Shown: positions 9,424 to 19,673 of the stretch, piece by piece
Position numbering within the stretch: position 1 is the first letter of the stretch
How the letters are laid out: every line of letters begins with the position of its first letter
From: Verrucomicrobiia bacterium
GTDB taxonomy: Bacteria; Verrucomicrobiota; Verrucomicrobiia; Limisphaerales; DASXHY01
DNA length: 64,000 nucleotides
Assembly (NCBI GenBank): GCA_035552155.1
Contig: DASZLX010000022.1
Coordinates: 2,514 to 66,513 of the forward strand
Direction of reading: 5' to 3'
The notes under the pieces: model-generated
The model's input: the letters and a program-made list of their open reading frames with translations, nothing else
The model's database searches: none
Told to the model about the DNA's origin: nothing
Made by a program: the position numbers and the translations under genes

Positions 9424-10755
9424 TCAGGACAAACCTTTTACCGACCAGCCCTTTCGATAGACACGCCGCAGGAATACGTTGGCATCCGAATGGTCGAACC
9501 TCATCCTTTTCGTATTCCAGTTCATTGTGGTGTCGGGAAATCGCGAAGCGATGCAGCCCAGCAATATCGTTTCTGTGAGGGGTCCGGAGTAATTGAAGTC
9601 GGCGGTTGTCTTCCCATGCCCCTGGCACGCTTTCACGAACTGCCCCCAGTGATTGAGATCATCCAGGTCCGGGATTTGATAGTCCTTAAACTTTTTTGCG
9701 GGATAAAGCCGCGGCCGGCCTACGTGAGGCAGCGCCATGATTCCATCGGTGCCCACAAACACGGAACCCGTTTCCGGCAGCGGATCAGCATCAAGCAAGG
9801 CAATGACTTCCGCCGGTGGTTTCGAAGTGCCGTCGTACCAGGTCACCGGTAGCACGTCCGACGCGGTGCGCTGAGTGCCTTTGAAACGATAGATCATTTT
9901 GCTGTTCAACGCCCAATTCCATTTATTGGGGGGCGGGCCCTCCGACCGTATCGAGAGCGGCGCTGTCAATCCCAGCGCATTGAAAACTGGGTCGAAGAGA
10001 TGGCAGCCCATGTCGCCTAATGTGCCAGTGCCAAAATCGAGACGCTTGCGCCAGTTGCTCGGATGATAATAAGCATCCCCGATAAAAGGGCGGTCCGCGC
10101 AGACACCCAGCCACAGGTCCCAATCAAAATTCGCCGGCACGGGATCGTGCCGGTCGGGCAATGCGTCGGGATCGCCCCACGATTTCGGACACCAGGTATG
10201 CACTTCACGTACTTTGCCAATCGCACCCTCCTGCACAATTCGAACAGCCATTCGATATTGCGCCGCCGAATGGATCTGAATACCCATTTGCGTGACGAGC
10301 TTGCCATTGGCGGCGATCTCGGTCATGCGCCGAACTTCGTGGATATCGTGCGCGAGCGGCTTTTGGCCGTACACGTGCTTTCCCATGCGCATCGCGGCGA
10401 CAGCGATGGGCGCGTGCATATGGTCAGGTGTCGCGACGTTTATGGAATCAATATTCCTTTCCTCCTTTTCCAGCAACTCACGCCAATCCTGGTAAAAGCG
10501 GGCGTTCGGAAACAACTGCCGCGCCTCGGTTGCGCGTGCAGTATCGACATCACATAATGCGACCATCTCCACCCCCTTAAGGTTTCCGATCACTTTTAGG
10601 TCTCCCAATCCCATGCCGCCGCAGCCAAAACTCGCGTGGCGGAGTGTGTTAGTTGCGGAACGCGCGAGCGCGCCGCTGCTCACGAAAGGCGCCGTGGCCG
10701 CCAAAACTCCAATCCGCTTAAGAAATTCGCGGCGCGATTGGGGAAAATTTTTCAT
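9424..10755 (-). CDS. Gfo/Idh/MocA oxidoreductase with twin-arginine (TAT) export signal
   Basis: N-terminal SRREFLKRIGVLAATAPF TAT motif, then a Rossmann region (ASFGCGGMG) and the GQKPLA motif. Confidence 0.85.
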   Translation of the reverse strand: MKNFPQSRREFLKRIGVLAATAPFVSSGALARSATNTLRHASFGCGGMGLGDLKVIGNLKGVEMVALCDVDTARATEARQLFPNARFYQDWRELLEKEERNIDSINVATPDHMHAPIAVAAMRMGKHVYGQKPLAHDIHEVRRMTEIAANGKLVTQMGIQIHSAAQYRMAVRIVQEGAIGKVREVHTWCPKSWGDPDALPDRHDPVPANFDWDLWLGVCADRPFIGDAYYHPSNWRKRLDFGTGTLGDMGCHLFDPVFNALGLTAPLSIRSEGPPPNKWNWALNSKMIYRFKGTQRTASDVLPVTWYDGTSKPPAEVIALLDADPLPETGSVFVGTDGIMALPHVGRPRLYPAKKFKDYQIPDLDDLNHWGQFVKACQGHGKTTADFNYSGPLTETILLGCIASRFPDTTMNWNTKRMRFDHSDANVFLRRVYRKGWSVKGLS

Positions 10756-10763
10756 TCCTGAAT

Positions 10764-12158
10764 TTAGTTGAGAGGTTTAATCGCGATATTGCGGAACATG
10801 ACCGGGTCGTTATGGCCGGCAAATCCGAAATGGCCGCTCGTCCGACCCTTGCCGGGATGCTGTTTGCCGTCCATGAAATTGGTCACGGTCGAGAGGTCGC
10901 CATTAAGAATGACCGTGCCGTTCAATTCCACTTTGATTGTGGATCCATTCACCGTCACCTCCTCGTAATTCCACTCGCGGATGGGATGCTGATAGCCCCG
11001 CAACGCAGCAATCATTCCATAAGCCGAGCCGTGCGCCTGTCGGGGATCAATCTTACTTCCCGTGGCTTCCTCGTAATTGTCATCCAATACCTGGCACTCG
11101 CACATGCCCACGTAGGCGGTGTCTCCCTCGCCGGGATAACGAATCGCCAGACCGTTGTTGCCTCCCGGAGGGAGCTTGAATTCCAATCGCGCGACGAAGT
11201 TCGTAAAGTTTTCCGCCGTATAAATCGTGCCGCCTTTTTTCTCGCGCCAAAGAATTGCCTGATTGGTGATGACGCAACAATCCAGCGGGCCTTCCCAACC
11301 GGTGAAATCGCGGCCATTGAAAACAGATTTAAATCCGGCGGGGTCCGTGCCGCGCAAACGCTCATCGGCTTCATCGCTTCCGATTTTTCGGATAAAAATA
11401 TTTCGCCATCGAATTTCGCCGCCGTGGGTTTGCAATTGCACCGGCCCTTTGGGCGGAACCGGCAGCCGACGGTCGAAATAGTTTTCCATGACCGCACCAT
11501 TGACAGTCTGCTGGCCGTTCAGCCAAACCCAGACGTGAGAACCGCTCATGATGATTCTCAGATGATTCCATTCGCCAAACGGCTTATCCGCTTTAACCAA
11601 CGGATCCTTGCCGGGAGCACCGGGAGAATTGTTCCATAACGCGCCTGAGCCTTTGTCCGCCCCCAGTGGAAATTTTGCTTTTTCCGTGGAATCCCAAATT
11701 TGCACCTGGGGACATCCACGGAGGTAGACGCCACTGTCCGCGAGCGGAACAGTTTTGTAATCCACCAATAATTCGAAATCCCCGAACATCTCGTCGGATG
11801 TCAGATAAAGGCCGTGGCCGTCGTTCACCAATTCCCCGTTTTGAACGGCCCAATGTTGGTGAATATCATCCAGGCTCGCTTCACGTTTTTTCCGGAATTC
11901 GGTTTCAGGCAACGCCATGTATTTGCGAGGGTCTTCGGTATCCGCTCCCCACCAGCCATCAAGGTTGGCGCCGTTAAAGAGCGCTGTGAAACCCGGTGGT
12001 GCGGTGTCATGAGATTCCGGTATTTGCGCCCCCGCCGAAATACATGCAAAGATAATCAAAACTCCCGAATTCCGAATGAAGACCGGAATCTGGCGATTCA
12101 ACATATGAACCCAATGAGTCATAGTATCAAGAAGCTGCCGTCGGTTTTTTGGCAGCAT
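10764..12158 (-). CDS. Secreted protein with two DUF1080 (3-keto-disaccharide hydrolase family) domains
   Basis: The pattern FxxLFNGxxLxGW...W.V.NG.L...G.L.T...F.DFEL...FK...NSG is repeated twice. A signal peptide is present. An alternative start lies at 12104. Confidence 0.8.
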   Translation of the reverse strand: MLPKNRRQLLDTMTHWVHMLNRQIPVFIRNSGVLIIFACISAGAQIPESHDTAPPGFTALFNGANLDGWWGADTEDPRKYMALPETEFRKKREASLDDIHQHWAVQNGELVNDGHGLYLTSDEMFGDFELLVDYKTVPLADSGVYLRGCPQVQIWDSTEKAKFPLGADKGSGALWNNSPGAPGKDPLVKADKPFGEWNHLRIIMSGSHVWVWLNGQQTVNGAVMENYFDRRLPVPPKGPVQLQTHGGEIRWRNIFIRKIGSDEADERLRGTDPAGFKSVFNGRDFTGWEGPLDCCVITNQAILWREKKGGTIYTAENFTNFVARLEFKLPPGGNNGLAIRYPGEGDTAYVGMCECQVLDDNYEEATGSKIDPRQAHGSAYGMIAALRGYQHPIREWNYEEVTVNGSTIKVELNGTVILNGDLSTVTNFMDGKQHPGKGRTSGHFGFAGHNDPVMFRNIAIKPLN

Positions 12159-12425
12159 GCGCTTTTACGGCGATCAGATCAATCGCGAGTTATCAGCATC
12201 GAACGAAAAATTTATTCTACGAAGAGAATCTGCGGCACGAGGTCTCACCGTAAGCGATCCTTTTCTTCTGACATTTTCCCTCGTCGCTCGGTAAATGACC
12301 TGTTTCAGATGGCTGTTTTCGATTGCAAATCTTGATCACACCAATCATTTTCGCGATGAACCATGCTCATGTTTAAGCACTTTATCACTATATGCTTTGG
12401 GCATTCGCGTTAACCCACCTCGATT

Positions 12426-15116
12426 ATGCAGCGGACCCCTCACTTTAACCTTTGGTTAGTTCTTCTCTTGATTTTCGTGTTTCCAGGCGGTTCGAGCTAT
12501 GCAGCTATCAACGTGCAGAGTTATTGGCGGCTGGGCGAAAATGATCCGGGTGCGGCTGTCGGAGTCACCGCAACGAACACGACCGATTCCGTCGGCACGA
12601 TGAATCTCCAATTTTACGGCAACGCAAGTTACGCGAATGATGTGGCTCCAACCGCCGTGACCCACGCCGGCAGTTCCTTGTCGGTTAATTTCACCAACTC
12701 AGCCTATGCAACCAATGCCATCATCTCCACGGCCACGGATAATTTTGGCATCGAATGCTGGGTAAAACCGACCATTCCGGGCATGAACGAGATCATTGCT
12801 TACAACGGGATTACCGGCGGTGCCGGCAGCGGCGGTTGGGGGCTGATAATTGCTGCGAACAACACCTACCAGGCCTTGTTCGGCGGGGTGACATTGTTTG
12901 GCACCAATCTGGCAACAGCGAACGTATGGGCTCATCTGGCCCTGGTGCGGGCCAGTGGAATTTCAACTCTATACATTAATGGAATTGCCTCGGCCACCAA
13001 CTCAAATGTACCGGGCGTGCCGAGCGGGAATTTCGCCCTGGGCGCACCGCCGCAGTCTCCGACAAATCAGTTTTTCACCGGCTTAATGGATGAGGTGCGC
13101 GTCTTCACTTTTTCCCCGGGACAATTCAGCACGAACGATCTGCTCCTGAACCATGCGATCTCCCCCGTTGTGACGACAACCGGGCCGACGTTTCTGGGCG
13201 GAACCTTCGCCACACTCAATGGCACCGTCAACCCCAACGGCCCGCCGGCCACCGCCTGGTTTCAGTGGGGCCCGATTCAGTTCCCCTACCGTTATACCAC
13301 CGCGGTCACCAACCTCGGCAGCGGAGAATCAACGCTTGCGATCAGCCAGCAATTGAAGGGACTTACGCCAGGCGTCACTTACCATTACCGACTCGTGGTC
13401 AGCAACGCGTTCGGAGTGGTGCGCGGTCGCGATTCGCATTTCTGGGCTCCGCTCCTCACTGTGAATGGCAACAATCCTTTGATTCTTAAACAGCAGACAT
13501 GGGTTGATCCGGGGGCAACCGCGCATGCATTTCCCAGTGAAGTCGCGTGCGGCAATATTTTTAGTCTGGCCTTGAAAGCCAATGGCACCATCGTGACCTG
13601 GGGAGATAAATCTGACGGTGAAACCAATATTCCGGCCATTGCGACCAACGTCGTCGCGATCGCGGCGGGGGCGGGGGCGTACGACTATAGTCTGGCCCTG
13701 AACGCTAACGGCACTGTCGCCGGCTGGGGAAATAACGCTTACGGCCAAACGAATATACCGGCCGGTGCGACCAACGTCGTCGCGATTGTGGCGGGGGAGG
13801 CGTATGGTCTGGCTCTGAAAGCGGACGGCACGGTGATTGGCTGGGGAAATAACAGTCACGGCCAAACCAATGTCTCGAGCGCTGCGACCAATGTGGTTGC
13901 GATTGCAGCCGGCCAATACCATGGCTTGGCCCTGAGAGCCGACGGCACTGTCGTCGGCTGGGGAGATGACTCTCAAGGTGAAATCAACATCCCAATTGGT
14001 CTAACGAATGTAGTCGCGATTGCGGCGGGCGCTGGAGATAGTTTGGCCCTGAAAGCCGACGGCAGCGTCGTCGGCTGGGGAGATAACTCCGAAGGTGAAC
14101 TCAATGTCGCGACCAATGCTGACGTCATCGCGATTGCGGCAGGCCCATATTTTAGTGTGGTCCTGAAAGCCGACGGCACCGTCGTCGGCGGGGGATATAT
14201 CGACCCTTTCGGTCCATTTAATATGCCGGCCAGCGCGACCAACGTCATCGCGATTGCGGCGGGTGAGCAAAATGTTCTGGCTCTGAATGCAGATGGCACC
14301 GTCGTCGGCTGGGGAGATAACCTTTACGGTAAAATTAACATTCCATCCGGATTGGACATCGTAAACGTACCAATCCTCTCGGACAGCAATGTGAATACAA
14401 GCAAGCCTGGAAGTTATCAGGTGCTTTATTATGCCACCAACGCCGACGGCATCGTCACCACGATCGACGCCAGCGTTACCCGAACTGTGTTGGTGATTGA
14501 TTCCCCGACGATCTCCAACCCGTCAGCCTCCGTAGTCGGAACCAACGCGGTCAATGGTCTCAGAACCGTGCGCTTCAGTGCCTCGATCAACCCCAACGGC
14601 TCACCCACGATGGTTTCGATCGATTATGGATTGACCGCCGGCTACGGAGCCGTCAGCAGCACCAACATTTTGCCCGGCCTCTTCACGCCGCAAACGACGA
14701 CTTTTGACGTTCCGCTCAGCGCCGACTTCGCCTTCCACTGGAGCGTTTTCGCAACCAACGGCATGGACTCCATTCCTGGCAGCGTGTTCACGCCAGACCA
14801 GCTTTTTGTCGTCCCGGCAGCTTTCCCTCTGGGCGACGCCAACGGCGATGGCATCGTAGATCAATCGGAGCTCAACGCGGTTTATAGCAATTATCTGCCG
14901 AACAGCCCCTGGCTTTTGATGACCAACATCGCCGGCCTGGGCCAAACGAACGTGAGCTTCGCCCTGAGCAATTCGCCTCTTGGCGCCTACAGCGTCGAAG
15001 TCTCGACGAACCTTACCGATTGGCAACTTCTCGGCCCGGCCACTCCTCGCTATCTTTTCACCGACACCAACGCGCCCGCAGCTCCGCAGCGCTATTACCG
15101 GCTACACTATCCCTAA
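12426..15116 (+). CDS. Large secreted LamG / RCC1-repeat beta-propeller / dockerin-like protein
   Basis: Signal peptide, then a LamG-like block (ECWVKP...LYINGI...LMDEVRVF). About 7 RCC1-like blades follow (ATNVVAIAAG..SLALKADGTVVGWGDNS.GQ.NIP). There are Ig-like modules and an EF-hand/dockerin motif GDANGDGIVDQSELN. The C-terminus ends in QRYYRLHYP. Confidence 0.8.
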   Translation: MQRTPHFNLWLVLLLIFVFPGGSSYAAINVQSYWRLGENDPGAAVGVTATNTTDSVGTMNLQFYGNASYANDVAPTAVTHAGSSLSVNFTNSAYATNAIISTATDNFGIECWVKPTIPGMNEIIAYNGITGGAGSGGWGLIIAANNTYQALFGGVTLFGTNLATANVWAHLALVRASGISTLYINGIASATNSNVPGVPSGNFALGAPPQSPTNQFFTGLMDEVRVFTFSPGQFSTNDLLLNHAISPVVTTTGPTFLGGTFATLNGTVNPNGPPATAWFQWGPIQFPYRYTTAVTNLGSGESTLAISQQLKGLTPGVTYHYRLVVSNAFGVVRGRDSHFWAPLLTVNGNNPLILKQQTWVDPGATAHAFPSEVACGNIFSLALKANGTIVTWGDKSDGETNIPAIATNVVAIAAGAGAYDYSLALNANGTVAGWGNNAYGQTNIPAGATNVVAIVAGEAYGLALKADGTVIGWGNNSHGQTNVSSAATNVVAIAAGQYHGLALRADGTVVGWGDDSQGEINIPIGLTNVVAIAAGAGDSLALKADGSVVGWGDNSEGELNVATNADVIAIAAGPYFSVVLKADGTVVGGGYIDPFGPFNMPASATNVIAIAAGEQNVLALNADGTVVGWGDNLYGKINIPSGLDIVNVPILSDSNVNTSKPGSYQVLYYATNADGIVTTIDASVTRTVLVIDSPTISNPSASVVGTNAVNGLRTVRFSASINPNGSPTMVSIDYGLTAGYGAVSSTNILPGLFTPQTTTFDVPLSADFAFHWSVFATNGMDSIPGSVFTPDQLFVVPAAFPLGDANGDGIVDQSELNAVYSNYLPNSPWLLMTNIAGLGQTNVSFALSNSPLGAYSVEVSTNLTDWQLLGPATPRYLFTDTNAPAAPQRYYRLHYP
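13545..14350 (+). repeat. Intragenic tandem repeats (about 150-160 bp units) encoding RCC1-like blades
   Basis: Near-identical nucleotide blocks recur about 7 times, for example gcgaccaacgtcgtcgcgat(t/c)gcggcggg and ggcac(c/t)gtcgtcggctggggagataac. Confidence 0.8.
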
Positions 15117-15215
15117 AATGGGTGAATCACGGAGGCAGTCACCGTGAATTGCCACACGCGGCTACGGATTTGGAATCGAGAGTCGGAATCGAATCACTCT
15201 CAAATTTCGAACGAC

Positions 15216-15269
15216 GCCAATGGCCGACTTTCATTCATTGGCGATGGAGCCAACGGCCGGGATTGATCC
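15216..15269 (-). repeat. tRNA-Thr-derived scar: 25-nt copy of the tRNA 3' end plus a collapsed acceptor-stem remnant (att-like site)
   Basis: 15245-15269 TGGAGCCAACGGCCGGGATTGATCC matches 49104-49128 TGGAGCCAATGGCCGGGATTGAACC at 23 of 25 positions, in the same orientation. 15216-15226 GCCAATGGCCG is identical to 49108-49118. CATTGGC at 15236-15242 equals the acceptor 5' strand. Confidence 0.65.
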
Positions 15270-15570
15270 ACCCCATCCCTCAGTCGGGCTTTTTACACTC
15301 GAATTTCCTCGTTGTTTAGCATCTTTTGCCGAACAAAACAAGTTCGCTCGTTTATCGCTAATTCGTGCTCGTTCAACGCTCGCTTACTGAAGATTTCACT
15401 GAAGCCTCCCCGCGGTTCATTATCCGCTCGGGTCGGTCCGATTGTTTGTGCATAGCCTTAGGTTGCCCCCTCTTTTAAACCACGCTCAATGGAGCCGTCG
15501 TTAATACTTCGTTCGCGTTTGCCGGATCTTTCATTCATGAGTTAGTTGCAACAGAACCGCGAAGCAGCTT

Positions 15571-15605
15571 TGTTCAAAATTCTTCGCCGAATAGAATTGC
15601 AAGAC
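15571..15605 (+). promoter_or_regulatory. Copy 1 of a conserved 35-bp upstream element (TGTTCAA-N4-CTTCGCCGAA-N-AGAATTGCAAGAC)
   Basis: The sequence TGTTCAAAATTCTTCGCCGAATAGAATTGCAAGAC lies 128 nt upstream of the prepilin-like gene, in the gene's orientation. Confidence 0.5.
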
Positions 15606-15733
15606 TGTCGCTCGCCATCATGCGAAATTTCTATCATGAAGCACGACTGCGACAACAGCATCGTTGCACCGGCAACCGCCGGTCTGCGGCCCAGGCCACC
15701 CATTGATTCACAACCCCCTGTTTCAGCCATCGA

Positions 15734-16657
15734 ATGTTCACGCGACCGAAATCCGAGATAAATAATTCAACGCCGATTTATTTTTTTCGTTCCGAAAACC
15801 CCTTCCCGGCGTTGGGAAACAGCGCGTTCACCTTGATTGAATTGCTCGTTGTCATTGCCATTATCGCGATTCTGGCGGCGGTATTGTTGCCGGCCCTCGC
15901 CAAGGCCAAGCTGCGGGCCATGGGTGCGGATTGCATGAGCAATCAAAAGCAACTCGCCCTGGCCTGGATGTTGTATGCGGACGATAACGGCGGCAATATT
16001 GTCAATTTCGACACTGTTAAAAATGCCGCCGGTGATACGCCTTGGCGCTATGGCAATCCGCCACCGGCAATACCAACACTGCCGCCGGGCGCGGATCTTC
16101 AAACAAAAGCGACTCTCTTGCTTCAGGCCGCATACCAGCAGGGAGCCCTTTATCAATATGCCGCAAATGCGAACGTGCTTCACTGCCCGGCGGATGCCCG
16201 GTCGAGAAATCCGGTCGTTATCTCGCCGGCCACACCGCCTGGAACGTTCGCTTACGGCAGCTACTCGGGCGCCGGCGGCCTGAACGGTGTCATTTATGGG
16301 CCGGATAGTGCCATCACGAAACAGAGCGCGATCATGCATCCAACAGATCGATTCCTGTGGGTGGAGGAGAACGACCCGCGTGGCGAGAACCAAAGTTCAT
16401 GGGTCATGAAGCCGGGCACCCGGCCCACTTTCGCCGGCGCAGCTTTTGTGGATTCAGTGGCTTCCTGGCATGGGTACAACAGCACATTCAGTTGGGCGGA
16501 TGGCCACGCCGAAAGCCACCGATGGATAGACGGCACCACTATCAAGTACGCCCTGAACATGGATCCCAACAAATACTCCTCACCTCCGACAATCACCGAC
16601 TGCCCTGACGATATCACTTTCCTGGCCACGGATTACGCCTGTCAACAGAACCCTTAA
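15734..16657 (+). CDS. Prepilin-type N-terminal cleavage/methylation domain protein, HX9DG family (type II secretion pseudopilin-like)
   Basis: AFTLIELLVVIAIIAILAAVLLPALAKAK class-III signal, and a C-terminal WHGYNSTFSWADGH (H-X9-DG) motif. Confidence 0.8.
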   Translation: MFTRPKSEINNSTPIYFFRSENPFPALGNSAFTLIELLVVIAIIAILAAVLLPALAKAKLRAMGADCMSNQKQLALAWMLYADDNGGNIVNFDTVKNAAGDTPWRYGNPPPAIPTLPPGADLQTKATLLLQAAYQQGALYQYAANANVLHCPADARSRNPVVISPATPPGTFAYGSYSGAGGLNGVIYGPDSAITKQSAIMHPTDRFLWVEENDPRGENQSSWVMKPGTRPTFAGAAFVDSVASWHGYNSTFSWADGHAESHRWIDGTTIKYALNMDPNKYSSPPTITDCPDDITFLATDYACQQNP

Positions 16658-16691
16658 CGTTCGATTTCCAACACCACAAAACCAGCCTCCA

Positions 16692-19643
16692 ATGAAAAAA
16701 GCAAATACACCTCGATCTTTGAATGTGTGGAGCGTCAGCTTGCTCGTACTTGTGCTGATGGGCGTTTCCAATGCTCAAGCGGCGGATTATCAAAGCACCG
16801 TTCTGAACGACACGCCCTTGGCTTATTATCCGTTGAATCTGGATGTCGACACTGGCGCGATCGCCACTGATTTATCGGGCAATAACAATCCCGGCTACTA
16901 CACCAATATTTTTTCAGGCTTTAACAATGCCGTGGGTCCGTCGCCTTATATCACCAATGCGATAAATTTCGATGGCTTGAGCGAATTTGTGGATCTGGGA
17001 AATGGCAGCAATCCCGGACTGTTAAACTTTAGCGGTCCGATCACGATGGAAGCCTGGGTGCAACCAGCTAATCCCAGCCAAAACCTCGGCGACATTCTGG
17101 CCAAAGGCTACTCCCCCACAAATGGAGACGATGAAATTGCACTGCGCCTGAACAGCAGCCGATTCGAGGGTGTTACGTTCAGTGACGCTCGCGGAACGCA
17201 GGGTGCCGTGGGTGGCGTTCCCACCACCGATTGGCAGTACGTTGTCTCCACTTATGACGGCACCAATTGGGACACTTACGTGAACGGACTGCTGGTCGGC
17301 CAAAATAGTGATACCGTCGGTGCAATTAATTTTCCCATTCAATGGCGGATCGGTTCGGGGAGCGATGCGGGTGCGAACCGTTTATTCGCCGGAAATTTGA
17401 GCCAGGTCGCTCTCTATAATCACTCCCTCACTTCCGCGCAGGTCGTCACGCACTACCTCACGGGCGAATACGGCCTGGACGCCAGCACGACGCCGCCCAT
17501 TATCGCCATGGAACCACAATCACAATCGAATTTCATCGGCAGTTCCGTCACTTTCAGCGTCAGTGTCCTGAGCGCATTGCCGACGACGAACCAATGGTTC
17601 AAAGGCAGCAACCCTCTCCTGGGCCAGACCAATGCGACGTTGACATTGACGAACCTTCAGGCCAGCGACGAGGCAAATTACAGCGTCATCGTCGGCAACA
17701 GCAATGGCACGACCAACAGCACTTCAGCCGCATTCACTTTATTGGCTTCCGGAAATTCGCTGCAATGGAGCAGCGCTGACGTAGGCAACAACGGCACGTG
17801 GGATGTTGCGTCCTCGGCGAATTGGATCGATCTCGCGAATAGCCAGCAAACCGTCTTCAATAACGCGGATCAAGTATTGTTTGATGATACAGTTGATGCT
17901 CCGACCGCGGTCACAATTGCTTCAACCGTTTTACCGAGCACCATCACGGTCAATTCGAGCACGAACAATTATACCTTTTCCAGTTCAGGTGCCATCAGCG
18001 GCGGCACAAGCCTGGTTAAAAAAGGGTCGAGCACTTTGACCATCGTCGATCCGGCCAATTTTACGGGCCCGGTGGCAATTAGCGGCGGGACGATTTACGC
18101 GGGCAACAACTCATTCAGGAGCGTGGCATCAGTTACCGTCACCAACAATGCAACCCTGGATTTTGCGGGTGGCACTTATAACAATCTGCCGATCCTTGTT
18201 TCCGGCACCGGTGTGAATGGATTGGGAGCGCTTTTCAACAGCTTTGATGATTTCCCCAGCGAAACGTTGGCCATTACTCTGGCAGGTGACACGGTTTTTG
18301 GCGGCACCAATCGATGGGACTTGTTCGGTTCCATCACCGGGCCGCACAAAATCACTGTCAATTGGAGCGACACCGCCGATGGCAACTACGGCGAATGGAA
18401 CACAATAAACATCGCGACCAACGTCGGTGATATCGAGCTGGCCAACGGCAAGCTTGGCATCAAAAATATGGGGCCGACGTTCGGGAATCCGTCAGCCAAT
18501 TTCATCGTTGATTCCGGAACTGAATTGGATTTTTGGTCGGGCGATGCCGGTTATGCGAGGAATTTTCACGTGTTGAACAACGGCGTGATGCAGATCCTGG
18601 CCGGTTTCACCGATTTCAATGGAAGTCTTACGCTGGAAAACGGAGCTCGCTTCAATGCCTACGGCGCCAGCGGCAATCCCACTGAATCCATCAACGGCGC
18701 CATCACGTTGAATGGCGTCGCGCACATTGTGCTGGGCGACGGCAACTTTTCTTTCACGAACGTCATCAGCGGTCCCGGTGGTTTCGTTTGGGACGCGTAC
18801 AATCATAGCATGATTTTCCAAGCCGCGAACACCTATGCCGGCCCGACTATCATTGCTCAAGGAATGGCCGTGGCATTGAGTGGCAACGGTTCAATCTCCC
18901 ACAGCACACCGATTTTCTTCGGCGGCAGTGATTCGACATCGGTTCATTTCGACGTCTCTGGCCGCGCGGACCAAACGCTGACGCTGGCAAGCGGCCAAAC
19001 GCTGGGCGGTATCGGAGCAATAACAGGAAATCTTGTTGCGTCCGGCGGTTCGATAATCGCACCAGGGGGCACCAATACCACTATTGGAATCACGGTGGGA
19101 GCGAACCCCACCGGCACAATTTCGGTTTCGGGCAACGTCACCCTGGGCGGCACAACCACCATCAAGCTGGACGGTTCTGGTTCGAACGACGTAGTGCAAG
19201 CGGGCGGCAGTATTACCTACGGCGGTACATTGAACCTCGTGAATATCAGTGGCGCGCCTTATTCGGCGGGCGACACCTTCCAGATTTTCAGCGCGTCCAG
19301 TTTCTCGAGTTCCTTTACTCAGGGCATCAACCCGCCAAATCCCGGCGCAGGTCTCGCTTGGGACACCACGCAACTCAACGCGGGCAATATCTCAGTGGTC
19401 ACCGGCACCAGCCAGCCGGTGCTTGGCAACGTGTCTGTCTCCGGTGGAAACATTATTTTCAGCGGATCAAATGGGCCGGCGGGAAGCAATTACGTTGTGC
19501 TGACGTCAACGAACCTCACGACGCCGCTCGCGAATTGGACGCCGGTTTTAACCAACACTTTTGATAGCAACGGTAACTTTCACGTCACGAACGCCATTAA
19601 TCCGGCGGCGCCGCGTGGCTTTTACTTGTTGCAAGTACCATAA
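16692..19643 (+). CDS. Giant secreted LamG / Ig-like / autotransporter-associated beta-strand repeat (PATR) protein
   Basis: Signal peptide, then a LamG block (MEAWVQP...TYVNGLLVG...FAGNLSQVALYN) and an Ig-like module (NATLTLTNLQASDEANYSVIV). PATR-type repeats are present (GTWDV..ANW, LVKKGSSTLTI, GGTIYAGNN). The C-terminus ends in RGFYLLQVP. Confidence 0.8.
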   Translation: MKKANTPRSLNVWSVSLLVLVLMGVSNAQAADYQSTVLNDTPLAYYPLNLDVDTGAIATDLSGNNNPGYYTNIFSGFNNAVGPSPYITNAINFDGLSEFVDLGNGSNPGLLNFSGPITMEAWVQPANPSQNLGDILAKGYSPTNGDDEIALRLNSSRFEGVTFSDARGTQGAVGGVPTTDWQYVVSTYDGTNWDTYVNGLLVGQNSDTVGAINFPIQWRIGSGSDAGANRLFAGNLSQVALYNHSLTSAQVVTHYLTGEYGLDASTTPPIIAMEPQSQSNFIGSSVTFSVSVLSALPTTNQWFKGSNPLLGQTNATLTLTNLQASDEANYSVIVGNSNGTTNSTSAAFTLLASGNSLQWSSADVGNNGTWDVASSANWIDLANSQQTVFNNADQVLFDDTVDAPTAVTIASTVLPSTITVNSSTNNYTFSSSGAISGGTSLVKKGSSTLTIVDPANFTGPVAISGGTIYAGNNSFRSVASVTVTNNATLDFAGGTYNNLPILVSGTGVNGLGALFNSFDDFPSETLAITLAGDTVFGGTNRWDLFGSITGPHKITVNWSDTADGNYGEWNTINIATNVGDIELANGKLGIKNMGPTFGNPSANFIVDSGTELDFWSGDAGYARNFHVLNNGVMQILAGFTDFNGSLTLENGARFNAYGASGNPTESINGAITLNGVAHIVLGDGNFSFTNVISGPGGFVWDAYNHSMIFQAANTYAGPTIIAQGMAVALSGNGSISHSTPIFFGGSDSTSVHFDVSGRADQTLTLASGQTLGGIGAITGNLVASGGSIIAPGGTNTTIGITVGANPTGTISVSGNVTLGGTTTIKLDGSGSNDVVQAGGSITYGGTLNLVNISGAPYSAGDTFQIFSASSFSSSFTQGINPPNPGAGLAWDTTQLNAGNISVVTGTSQPVLGNVSVSGGNIIFSGSNGPAGSNYVVLTSTNLTTPLANWTPVLTNTFDSNGNFHVTNAINPAAPRGFYLLQVP

Positions 19644-19673
19644 CAAGGGCGAAAGAGTTCATTTCGGAATTGC

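Noticed and set aside
13545-14350. Regularly spaced repeats that could look like a CRISPR array
   Set aside because: The repeats are in frame within a long ORF and encode RCC1-like blades. The unit is about 150 bp with no unique spacers and no leader, and no cas genes are nearby.
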